Below, piece by piece: positions 50,701 to 58,771 of a stretch of DNA of 64,000 nt. The notes beneath the pieces are model-generated. The model was given only the letters and a program-made list of their open reading frames with translations. It searched no databases and was not told the origin of the DNA. Made by a program: the position numbers and the translations under genes. How positions within the stretch are numbered: position 1 is the stretch's first letter; the number at the start of each line of letters is the position of its first letter. Origin of the DNA: Aggregatilineales bacterium (GTDB lineage: Bacteria; Chloroflexota; Anaerolineae; Aggregatilineales; Phototrophicaceae); assembly GCA_963663445.2 (NCBI GenBank), contig CAXXTM010000002.1, positions 1,167,187 through 1,231,186 of the forward strand. Reading direction: 5' to 3'.

Positions 50701-51903
50701 TCAATATCCGGTCAAAAATCGAATGTAGTATCCGATGCCGAAAAATACATGAGATCCGAACAGAACCATGGCTATAGTGAATTTCAATGACATTCGCGAC
50801 GGCGTACTTTGAAAATCTTCAAGCTTTGCTAACCTGAACCGTTCATAAAGTTTAACAAGGAATAGGAGAGAGGCGAACATCAATACAAAAACCGCGGCAT
50901 AACTATTCCATAAGAAGTTTCCATGATGTATTCGATCTCCCGCTTCATAAAGGCAATATGTCGTCAATGCGCTCACCGCGAATACAGTCCACGACAAATT
51001 CAAATAGAGATGCTTCCGGGCTTCTGCAAAATACAACAGGTAGACCGTCAGAGGAAAAGCAAGCGAAAGTAGCAATTGTATCGGAACACGCCAATCTGGA
51101 ATCCAATACCTGGTAAACACGAAAACTCCAAATGAGATTGTAGAACCGTCAGCATAGTTAAAATAGGATATTAGATACTGCAGGCCTAACATAAGGGAGC
51201 CCGGGATGCAGAATCCAAAGACAAGCAGCGGCCAGTCCACGCGATTGCCTTTGAAAACTCTCCAAGCTGCGAATGCGCAACAGCCAGGTAACAACACAAA
51301 AGTATAGCTAGGCTTCGCTAGCGTAGATAACAATAGCAAGGAAGCGCAAAGCAGAATCGCGTAAAGCTGTTGGTTTGCAGTTCGATTCGATGAATTGCTG
51401 AATATTCTCAAGGCAAGAAGTGAAACGGGAATGACGAATAGACGAAGGGCAATCATTGTTGGGTTGTGATACACGATAGGATTGATATAGCCAATCATCA
51501 TTTCGTGAGCCCAGAATGTAATTGGCGATGCAATTGTCAAACCAACTGACAGGAGCAGAATAGCGTATACAGAAAATGATTCAGTGGAGTAATCAACCAA
51601 ACGTGGGAATATGATCATAGGCAGTGGCAATATGAATAACATGATCGCAATAAGTGATAATTCAGGGCTATTGATCGTGGGAACCAAGTAATTTAACAAT
51701 CGATATATGGCATGATACAAAACATACGACACGTGTTTAACTTTGTGTGGGAAAGCCTCTGCAATGCCAATGTGACTGCCAAAGTCATATTGATGCTGGG
51801 ATGCAGCTCCCATTATTGGGACAAAAATGATCAAACCTACTACGAATATGAAAATATATGGAAGTAGTCTTTTCGGAGCGACGGCAAGTTTAATAGCTGA
51901 CAT
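50701..51903 (-). CDS. Polytopic membrane protein (about 12-13 TM), family not recognised; possibly a GT-C-type transferase or polymerase
   Basis: 400-aa ORF with hydrophobic segments throughout and an acidic/His first loop (QHQYDFGSHIGIAEAF). GC is markedly lower than the surroundings. Confidence 0.7.
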   Translation of the reverse strand: MSAIKLAVAPKRLLPYIFIFVVGLIIFVPIMGAASQHQYDFGSHIGIAEAFPHKVKHVSYVLYHAIYRLLNYLVPTINSPELSLIAIMLFILPLPMIIFPRLVDYSTESFSVYAILLLSVGLTIASPITFWAHEMMIGYINPIVYHNPTMIALRLFVIPVSLLALRIFSNSSNRTANQQLYAILLCASLLLLSTLAKPSYTFVLLPGCCAFAAWRVFKGNRVDWPLLVFGFCIPGSLMLGLQYLISYFNYADGSTISFGVFVFTRYWIPDWRVPIQLLLSLAFPLTVYLLYFAEARKHLYLNLSWTVFAVSALTTYCLYEAGDRIHHGNFLWNSYAAVFVLMFASLLFLVKLYERFRLAKLEDFQSTPSRMSLKFTIAMVLFGSHVFFGIGYYIRFLTGY

Positions 51904-52117
51904 TTTCCACTGCCTCTGGAATCAAAAGGTAACAACTTGCCCTTGCTGGAAAGGTTGCGGAAATACATTTCATGGATCGCGATCCTAGCAGATGTTGGCA
52001 GAGTCTGATAATTTACCTCACTTGTACTTTCGGTATTATACAATAATTTGAGTCTAGCATTTGAAATGTGAATATGAAAAAGGCTCCCTTGAGGTAGATT
52101 CAATCAGTCACAAGCCA

Positions 52118-52126
52118 TGATAGAAT
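52118..52126 (+). promoter_or_regulatory. Extended -10 element TGATAGAAT upstream of the DUF2007 gene
   Basis: TG at 52118-52119 and TAGAAT at 52121-52126, 28 nt before ATG 52154. Confidence 0.35.
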
Positions 52127-52153
52127 AGTGGTGGATAAAGAATCGAGAGCGCC

Positions 52154-52492
52154 ATGAGTCTTCGTAAACCCCACAACCATGCCGACGGTCCACAATGGAT
52201 CGCGGTTTACATCACCAACAACTTGCAAGAAGCGCATGTTCTCGCCGGCAAACTCAAGGCGAACGAAATACCCGCGCTTATCCACCAAGAGGCCGGCGCG
52301 ACAGCGCTTGGCATTACCCTCGGCAATCTGGGGGAGGTCAAAATTCTCGTCATGCCAGCCGACTACGAGCGGGCAGAGCGCATCTTGTTCACGGGGGCGC
52401 GCCAGCAAATCGAAGCGAGCAACGACAAAATGCGGGTCATCTGGCAGGATGACGGCGACGGCGACGAATACTATGTCGAAGACGATGATTAA
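52154..52492 (+). CDS. DUF2007-like small protein (putative signal-transducing, PII-like fold) with acidic tail
   Basis: IAVYITNNLQEAHVLAGKLKANEIPALIHQE......G.VKILVMPADYERAERIL fits the DUF2007 pattern as I recall it. Confidence 0.6.
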   Translation: MSLRKPHNHADGPQWIAVYITNNLQEAHVLAGKLKANEIPALIHQEAGATALGITLGNLGEVKILVMPADYERAERILFTGARQQIEASNDKMRVIWQDDGDGDEYYVEDDD

Positions 52493-53453
52493 CAACAATA
52501 CGCTGACTCGCGTCGCCGGCATCAAGGTTGGGCACTATACAGACAAAAAAGCGGCAACCGGTTGCACAGTTGTGCTTTGCCCGCCAAAGACTGTAGGCGC
52601 GGTTGATGTGCGCGGAGGCGCGCCCGGCACGCGAGAGACCGATCTGCTTCAGGCGCATAATCTGGTGGCGGAGGTAACGGCTGTTATGCTGTCCGGCGGC
52701 AGCGCTTTTGGTTTGTCATCCGCTGACGGCGTCATGCGCTGGCATAGCGAGCGCGGACTGGGATACCAGTCACGCAGCGGTTTGACGGTGCCAATCGTTC
52801 CTGCAGCCATTCTCTTTGACTTGGGACTTGGACGACAAGATGTATACCCGGACGGCGCTGCGGGATACCAGGCTTGCCAGAATGCTGGAAACGACGTAGT
52901 AGAATTGGGCAGCGTTGGCGCCGGGACTGGCGCCAGGGTCGGCGCCATAGCTGGCAATGAACGCGCCTCGAAAGGCGGCATTGGCTCCGCCGCAATCGCG
53001 CTAGACAAGGGCTTGGTTATCGCGGCGCTAATGGCTGTCAATGCCGTAGGCAATGTCTATGACGAAGGCGGCGAGATCCTGGCGGGTTTGCGCAGCCGCG
53101 ACGGCGCGGGCTTCGACTCGGTATTGGAGGCATTCGCCAAATTAAGCGGCGAAAGTCCCGCGCTGGCAGCCAACGAAGCTACGGTCATCGGCGTGGTTGC
53201 GACCAATGGCGCGCTCAACAAAGCGGGGGCGCGCAAAGTCGCGCAGATGGCTCATGACGGCATTGCCCGAGCGGTCAATCCCGCGCATACGATGTACGAC
53301 GGCGATACGATTTTCGCGCTGGCTACCGGTGAAGTCCCCGCGGACACCAGCCTTGTTGGCGCCTATGCCGCGCAAGCGGTCGCGAGCGCTATCCGCGACG
53401 CCGTTCGGCGCGCGACATCTCTGGCTGGGGTCCGAGCTATCGCAGACGACTAG
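52485..53453 (+). CDS. Peptidase family S58 / P1 (DmpA/BapA-like Ntn-hydrolase aminopeptidase)
   Basis: ITDV-type N-terminus (LTRVAGIKVGHYTD..AATGCTVVL), VDVRGGAPGTRETDLL, TVIGVVATNGALNKA, HTMYDGDTIFALATG. ATG 52485 overlaps the upstream stop (ATGATTAA). ATG 52473 is also possible. Confidence 0.85.
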   Translation: MINNNTLTRVAGIKVGHYTDKKAATGCTVVLCPPKTVGAVDVRGGAPGTRETDLLQAHNLVAEVTAVMLSGGSAFGLSSADGVMRWHSERGLGYQSRSGLTVPIVPAAILFDLGLGRQDVYPDGAAGYQACQNAGNDVVELGSVGAGTGARVGAIAGNERASKGGIGSAAIALDKGLVIAALMAVNAVGNVYDEGGEILAGLRSRDGAGFDSVLEAFAKLSGESPALAANEATVIGVVATNGALNKAGARKVAQMAHDGIARAVNPAHTMYDGDTIFALATGEVPADTSLVGAYAAQAVASAIRDAVRRATSLAGVRAIADD

Positions 53454-53654
53454 ACGAGCGACGCGTCGTCATCCCTGCTCCACGCCGCATTGCGCGTTGA
53501 TTCTCATTATCACATATCAAATCTAGCGGAATAAGCGCGCGAATCGCCGCGATAATTAGCTCCTGCCCAATCACGTATTACATGGTGTCTTAACATGGAT
53601 TTAGCAATATAATGTTAAGCTGCTTATGGCTTTGTCGACGATTGAGCTAAGCAC

Positions 53655-54347
53655 ATGACAAAGAAGATCTTGATAGTCGAAGACGAAGAAAAGCTGTCCT
53701 CCAACCTCGCCGACAAGCTGCGCGCCGAGGGTTACGATGTTTCTACCGCGCGCGATGGCGAGAGCGGATGGCAACATGCGCAACGCGAAACTTATGACCT
53801 CTTTGTATTGGACATCATGTTGCCGGGTCTGGACGGTCTGAGCCTGTGTCGCATGATCCGTAACGGCAGCAAATCAGCCGAAGTGCCCATTATCATGTTA
53901 ACGGCCAGGGGCACGGAAGTTGATAAGATTGTCGGCTTGGAGAGCGGCGCCAACGATTACATTGTTAAGCCCTTTGGCTTGGGCGAGTTCCTGGCGCGCG
54001 TGCGGGTGCAAATGCGCCGCCCGTCGCCGGCGAGGCGACAGGCTCAGGACGAGTTGATTGCCGGGCTGCTGCGACTTGATTTGGCCGGACGCAGAGCATT
54101 CAAAGGGTCGGAGGAAGTCAAGCTGAGCAACAAGGAATTCGATCTCTTGGCGGAACTGATGCGCAACAAAAACGCTGTTTTGTCGCGCGATCTGATCTTG
54201 ACCAAAGTCTGGGGTTATGACTATTTTGTGGACAAGCGAACGGTTGATGTGCATATCCGTTGGCTGCGCGAAAAGATCGAAGACAATCCTTCCAGCCCAC
54301 GGCTGATAAGCACGGTTCGAGGTGTGGGCTACCGCTTCGAGGGTTAG
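53655..54347 (+). CDS. OmpR/PhoB-family response regulator
   Basis: Receiver domain (KILIVEDEE, DLFVLDIMLPGLDG, K at VKPF) plus winged helix (RTVDVHIRWLREKIE....I.TVRGVGYRF). Confidence 0.92.
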   Translation: MTKKILIVEDEEKLSSNLADKLRAEGYDVSTARDGESGWQHAQRETYDLFVLDIMLPGLDGLSLCRMIRNGSKSAEVPIIMLTARGTEVDKIVGLESGANDYIVKPFGLGEFLARVRVQMRRPSPARRQAQDELIAGLLRLDLAGRRAFKGSEEVKLSNKEFDLLAELMRNKNAVLSRDLILTKVWGYDYFVDKRTVDVHIRWLREKIEDNPSSPRLISTVRGVGYRFEG

Positions 54348-54349
54348 AT

Positions 54350-55609
54350 ATGGAATCGCTACTGTTTATATGCGCCGCTGCATTGATATTCCTGGCATTT
54401 TCTAGCTATCGGCGGCAACGGCAGATCCAATCCTTAAAAGAGACGATAAGCAGCCGGGAAAACGAAATCGCAGCGCTGCGCCGGCAGCGACTTTCAGCCG
54501 AACATGAAAATAACGAGACAAAGGCGCTTTACTCCGCGCTATCGGAAGTCGCTTTCGACCTGGCGCTTGTTTTGAATGAAGCGGGTGTGATCCTTAGTCA
54601 CAATCAAGCGGCGGAGCGTCTGTTTGGCGAACCATGCGCCGTCGGCAGAAAACTTGGCGAAATCCTTGACTCGGATGATCTTGCCAATCTTGTGGACTAC
54701 ACCCTGAACGAACACGACAGCCTGGAAGAACAGTTTGTGATAGCGGATGTATATTATCGCGCGCGTACGCAAATTGTGACGATCGCCGAGGACCGCCGTT
54801 TTGTGGCTGTTGCCATGCAAGACGTCACCAATCTTGTGAACCTGAATCGGGCTCGGCGCGATCTTGTCGCCAATATCTCCCATGAGTTGCGCACGCCTAT
54901 CACGCGCATTCGCCTGATCATCGAGGGACTGTTCCTCGATGCCGATCGGCCGAAACGGAAAGCGAGCATTCAGTCGCTGAAAGAGATCGCCATGGAAACC
55001 GACGCCTTGCTCTGGCTGTCTCAGGAATTGCTGGATCTTTCTATGATAGAGTCCGGCGAAGCCATCATGCGTCTGGTGCCGACGCCTCTGGCACAGGTTG
55101 TGGACGAAGCCATCGAGCGCTTGATGCCGCAGGCGGAGATGAAAGACTTGTCCATCGTCAGCCATGTTTCCCGCAGTGTTGCCGTATTGTGCGACGCCGA
55201 TCAACTGAAGCGCGTGCTAGGCAATTTGATCCATAACGCGATCAAATGGTCGCCTCCCGGCCAGGCGATCACGATCACAGCTAGCGACCTTGATGACGAA
55301 GTTTCAGTGTCGATCTTTGATAAGGGTCCCGGTGTGCCCGAAGAACTGCGCGAGCGCGTATTCGAGCGCTTTTATCAAGCCGATGTTTCGCGCTCTGGGG
55401 ACGAAGGCACTGGCTTGGGCTTGGCTATTTGCAAACATATCATCGAGGCGCATGGCGGTCGTATCTGGGCGGAAGGCAACAGCCGCGGCGAAGGCGGTCT
55501 TTTCCTCTTCACCATGCTCAAGGCTGAAGCCAATTTTGAAATCGACGCGCAGCCCGCGGTTGTGGAAGCGTCGACCGTCCCGGCAGCCGACATCGCCAAT
55601 GCCCTGTAG
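54350..55609 (+). CDS. Sensor histidine kinase (single N-terminal TM, coiled coil, PAS-like, HisKA, HATPase_c)
   Basis: H-box SHELRTPITRI, N-box LIHNAIKWS, G1 DKGPGV, G2 GTGLGLAICK. ATG 54350 lies 3 nt after the regulator stop. Confidence 0.9.
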   Translation: MESLLFICAAALIFLAFSSYRRQRQIQSLKETISSRENEIAALRRQRLSAEHENNETKALYSALSEVAFDLALVLNEAGVILSHNQAAERLFGEPCAVGRKLGEILDSDDLANLVDYTLNEHDSLEEQFVIADVYYRARTQIVTIAEDRRFVAVAMQDVTNLVNLNRARRDLVANISHELRTPITRIRLIIEGLFLDADRPKRKASIQSLKEIAMETDALLWLSQELLDLSMIESGEAIMRLVPTPLAQVVDEAIERLMPQAEMKDLSIVSHVSRSVAVLCDADQLKRVLGNLIHNAIKWSPPGQAITITASDLDDEVSVSIFDKGPGVPEELRERVFERFYQADVSRSGDEGTGLGLAICKHIIEAHGGRIWAEGNSRGEGGLFLFTMLKAEANFEIDAQPAVVEASTVPAADIANAL

Positions 55610-55635
55610 TCAATGATGGATAAGTAGCATTTTCC

Positions 55636-55644
55636 TGCTATACT
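55636..55644 (+). promoter_or_regulatory. Extended -10 element TGCTATACT upstream of the FMN riboswitch
   Basis: TG at 55636-55637 and TATACT at 55639-55644, about 20 nt before riboswitch P1. Confidence 0.4.
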
Positions 55645-55661
55645 CAGCTCAAAACGAATCT

Positions 55662-55822
55662 GTACCAACCTTCGGGGCAGGGTGGAATTCCCTACCGGCG
55701 GTGATGCGCGAAGCTGCGCGCCCAGCCCGCGACCCTGTTGGCAGCGCGCTGGCTCTGCCTAGCAGGTGGATCCCGGTGAGAAGCCGGAGCCGACGGTGAC
55801 AGTCCGGATGAGAGAAGGTTTG
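55662..55822 (+). promoter_or_regulatory. FMN riboswitch (RFN element)
   Basis: TTCGGGGCAGGGTGGAATTCCCTACCGGCGGTGAT...AGCCCGCGAC...GGTGGATCCCGGTGAGAAGCCGGAGCCGACGGTGACAGTCCGGATGAGAGAAGG matches the RFN core. P1 pairs AACCTTC (55667-55673) with GAAGGTT (55814-55820). Confidence 0.85.
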
Positions 55823-55954
55823 GCAAGCCTAGCGCGCTGCAGCGGCTCCTTCGCTACGATGCGTTGACCGAGCGGTTGCCGCGATGCGCGCTGTAATACA
55901 GGATGTAGTTCCTGTCGCCTTGCTTCGAGTTGGTCGCTTCGGTTGAGGCGAAGA

Positions 55955-56776
55955 ATGAGTGAAGCAGGCAAAAAGATCAATCCTAGACCAAGCTCCTGGT
56001 CAAGTCGAAGTCCTCTATCTCAATTACGCCGAACGTCTCCGTTGCTCTTGGTCATTGGTCTGCTGCTGCTTTGGCAGTTGATCACATCCGCCGAGCTATA
56101 TCCCGCCTTTATCATTCCGCCGCCCGCTGCGGTTGGCGGCGCCTTCATTGAGGCGCTTCAAAGCGGGCTGCTGGTCAAACACCTCAGCGTCACCTTGGAA
56201 GAGATGTTCCTTGGCTTGATTCTGGGTCTTGGCGTGGGATTGTCAATCGGCTACGCCATCGCCAAAGCGCCGATCTTGGAATACATCCTTTCGCCTATCA
56301 TTGTCGCCTTTCAATCGACGCCTATCGTGGCTTACGCGCCGCTGCTCGTGATCTGGTTTGGCAGCGGACCGACTAGCAAGATCGTCACGACAGCGGTCAT
56401 CGTTTTTTTCCCGTCCCTGGTCAATACGATTGTCGCGGTCCGCGCCGTCCCGCCGAGCCTGCGAGACTTGATGACATCGCTAAAGGCGACGCGCTGGCAA
56501 ATTTTCCGACATTTGGAATTGCCCTCCGCATTGCCGGTTGTATTGGCCGGCTTAAAAACGAGCGCGACTTTGGCGGTGATCGGCGCAGTTGTCGGCGAAT
56601 TCGTGACGCAGGGCAGTGGTCTGGGTTTTCTGGTGACTTCGGCCAGGAACCAATACGATACGCCGCTAGTCATCGTCGCCGTTCTGACGATGACGGCGAT
56701 CGCCTTGAGTTTGTACAGTTTTGTGGTCTTGCTGGAATGGCGCTGGCTGGCTTGGCGGCGTCGCTCCAAAGGTTGA
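55955..56776 (+). CDS. ABC transporter permease, NitT/TauT (SsuC/ThiX/RibX-like) family
   Basis: Six TM helices with a BPD_transp_1-type cytoplasmic loop (ATRWQIFRHLELPSALPVVLAGLK). ATG 55955 follows GAGG. Confidence 0.85.
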   Translation: MSEAGKKINPRPSSWSSRSPLSQLRRTSPLLLVIGLLLLWQLITSAELYPAFIIPPPAAVGGAFIEALQSGLLVKHLSVTLEEMFLGLILGLGVGLSIGYAIAKAPILEYILSPIIVAFQSTPIVAYAPLLVIWFGSGPTSKIVTTAVIVFFPSLVNTIVAVRAVPPSLRDLMTSLKATRWQIFRHLELPSALPVVLAGLKTSATLAVIGAVVGEFVTQGSGLGFLVTSARNQYDTPLVIVAVLTMTAIALSLYSFVVLLEWRWLAWRRRSKG

Positions 56777-56807
56777 ATTGTCCGGCATAAGGAGTGACAC
56801 ACATATC

Positions 56808-57941
56808 ATGCGCAAGATCTTGGGAACGGCGTTTATCAGTTGCTTTGTCATCGTGTCTTCGCTCGGCGCGCAAGCGGATTTAATTCCGGAACGCATCTTG
56901 TTGACCTTCATACCCAATATTCAATTCGCGCCATTTTACCTTGGCATCGCGGACGGACATTTTGCCCGTCAGGGCTTTGAAGTGACGCTGGAACACCTGC
57001 AAGAACCTGATGTTTTGGACTTGGTTGCCGCGGGCCAGGCTGATTTCGGCATTGTAAGCGGCGAGCAGGTGATTTTGGCGCGCGCGAAGGACCGCGACGT
57101 GGTCTATGTCTATGAGTGGTTCCAAGAATACCCGGTCGGTATTGTCATGGCCAGCGCAGATGGTCAGGCTAACCTTGAAGAATTGACAGACATGACGGTC
57201 GGCATCCCGGGCCGCTTCGGCGCTAGCTACAGCGGACTAACCACCTTGCTGCAAAGCGCCGGCTTAAACGAAGCGGATATTCAATTGAACGAGATTGGCT
57301 TTAACGCGCCCGATGTCTTTTGCCTTGGCGCCGTAGACGCGGCAGTGGTTTATGTGAACAACGAACCCCTGCAAATTACCAAGCGAATCGCTGCCGGCGA
57401 CTGCGGCGATGTAACCGGAATCGCGGTTGTATCGGTCGGATCTCAAGTGGACTTGGTGTCGAATGGTTTGATTGTCAGCGCGGACCTTGCGGGCGGCGAT
57501 CCGGGCAAGGTTCAGCGTATGGTAAATGGCTTTAACAGCGCCCTAAAAGCGACCATCGACAATCCAGCTAAAGCATACCTGGCTAGCATGAGCTTTGTCG
57601 AGACCTTACCGGGCAAGCCAGAATTGCTCGCGCTGCTTGAGGAGTTGGCGGGGGAGCAAGCCGACTTCCTCGCAACGGAGCCAAGCCGCGAGCAGATCGC
57701 CGAAAGCCGTTCAGAAAACTATGCCCGGCTGGCCGATGCTCTGGAATCGGACGATTTAACATCTTTTGAAGTGCTGCTGCGCAGCATTGAGCTATGGGAT
57801 GCTGATACCCTGGGTCAAAGCGATTTGTCTTCTTGGCAAGCCATGAGCGATACGCTGCGTTTGATGGGCCTTTTGAGCGACGACGCGCCGGACCTTGGCG
57901 CGTCATTTTCCAATCGGTTTGTCACGGGTATCCGCGAGTGA
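56808..57941 (+). CDS. ABC transporter substrate-binding protein, NMT1/THI5-like (SsuA/ThiY/RibY-like)
   Basis: Signal peptide MRKILGTAFISCFVIVSSLGAQA. IPNIQFAPFYLGIADGHFARQGFEV is typical of the NMT1-like family. AAGGAG Shine-Dalgarno sequence. Confidence 0.8.
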   Translation: MRKILGTAFISCFVIVSSLGAQADLIPERILLTFIPNIQFAPFYLGIADGHFARQGFEVTLEHLQEPDVLDLVAAGQADFGIVSGEQVILARAKDRDVVYVYEWFQEYPVGIVMASADGQANLEELTDMTVGIPGRFGASYSGLTTLLQSAGLNEADIQLNEIGFNAPDVFCLGAVDAAVVYVNNEPLQITKRIAAGDCGDVTGIAVVSVGSQVDLVSNGLIVSADLAGGDPGKVQRMVNGFNSALKATIDNPAKAYLASMSFVETLPGKPELLALLEELAGEQADFLATEPSREQIAESRSENYARLADALESDDLTSFEVLLRSIELWDADTLGQSDLSSWQAMSDTLRLMGLLSDDAPDLGASFSNRFVTGIRE

Positions 57942-58693
57942 AGCTGAGCCTGCGCGAGCTTGTCGTTGATTTCCGGACACCGGACCAACGGCGTCTGCCG
58001 GCCTTGGGACCGATTTCACTTGATGTGCTGCCTGGCGAATTCTTGTGCATCGTAGGTCCCAGCGGCTGCGGGAAAAGCACCTTGATCCGCGCGCTGGCGG
58101 GGCTGCAAGGCGCAACCTCGGGCAGCGTCGCCGCCGACGACGCGTCGATAACCGCACCGCTCTCCAAGCTCGCCATCATGTTTCAAGACGCCAATCTGAT
58201 GCCCTGGCGCACTGTGATTGACAACATTGCCCTGCCATTGGAGTTGGCGGGCGTCGACAAAGCGCGGCGGCACGAAGCTGTTTATGAGTTGCTGCCGCAG
58301 CTGCATCTGCAAGACTTCGCCTTGTCCTATCCAGCCGAGTTGTCCGGGGGCATGGCGCAGCGGGTTGCGCTGGGAAGGGTAATCGTGCAGCGGCCGCGGG
58401 CGCTGCTCCTGGACGAGCCATTCGGGGCTTTGGACGCCATGACCAGAGAAAAGATCAGCTTGGAACTGCTGGATCTGTGGCGCAAGCACAGGCAGACAGT
58501 TGTCATGGTCACACATGATATCAACGAAGCTGTGCTCATGGCGGATAGGGTCGTCGTGATGTCGAGCCGGCCCGGAAAACTGGTTGCGGACATCGCCATT
58601 GAGCTCGAGCGTCCGCGCGCGCTAGACATGATTTACCGCGAGACCTTCTTACGCTTGGCGCGGGGGGTGAGAGCCGCCATAGATTCGCCCTGA
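57938..58693 (+). CDS. ABC transporter ATP-binding protein (NitT/TauT family)
   Basis: GPSGCGKST, LSGGMAQRVALGR, LLLDEPFGALD, VTHD. GTG 57938 overlaps the binding-protein stop (GTGA). Confidence 0.9.
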   Translation: MKLSLRELVVDFRTPDQRRLPALGPISLDVLPGEFLCIVGPSGCGKSTLIRALAGLQGATSGSVAADDASITAPLSKLAIMFQDANLMPWRTVIDNIALPLELAGVDKARRHEAVYELLPQLHLQDFALSYPAELSGGMAQRVALGRVIVQRPRALLLDEPFGALDAMTREKISLELLDLWRKHRQTVVMVTHDINEAVLMADRVVVMSSRPGKLVADIAIELERPRALDMIYRETFLRLARGVRAAIDSP

Positions 58694-58771
58694 CGGTTGA
58701 AGCGCTGAGCGAAACAGCTATAGTACGGTTCTCGCGTTTCTGTTGAGTAGCAACATGACAAGGACAAGTCC

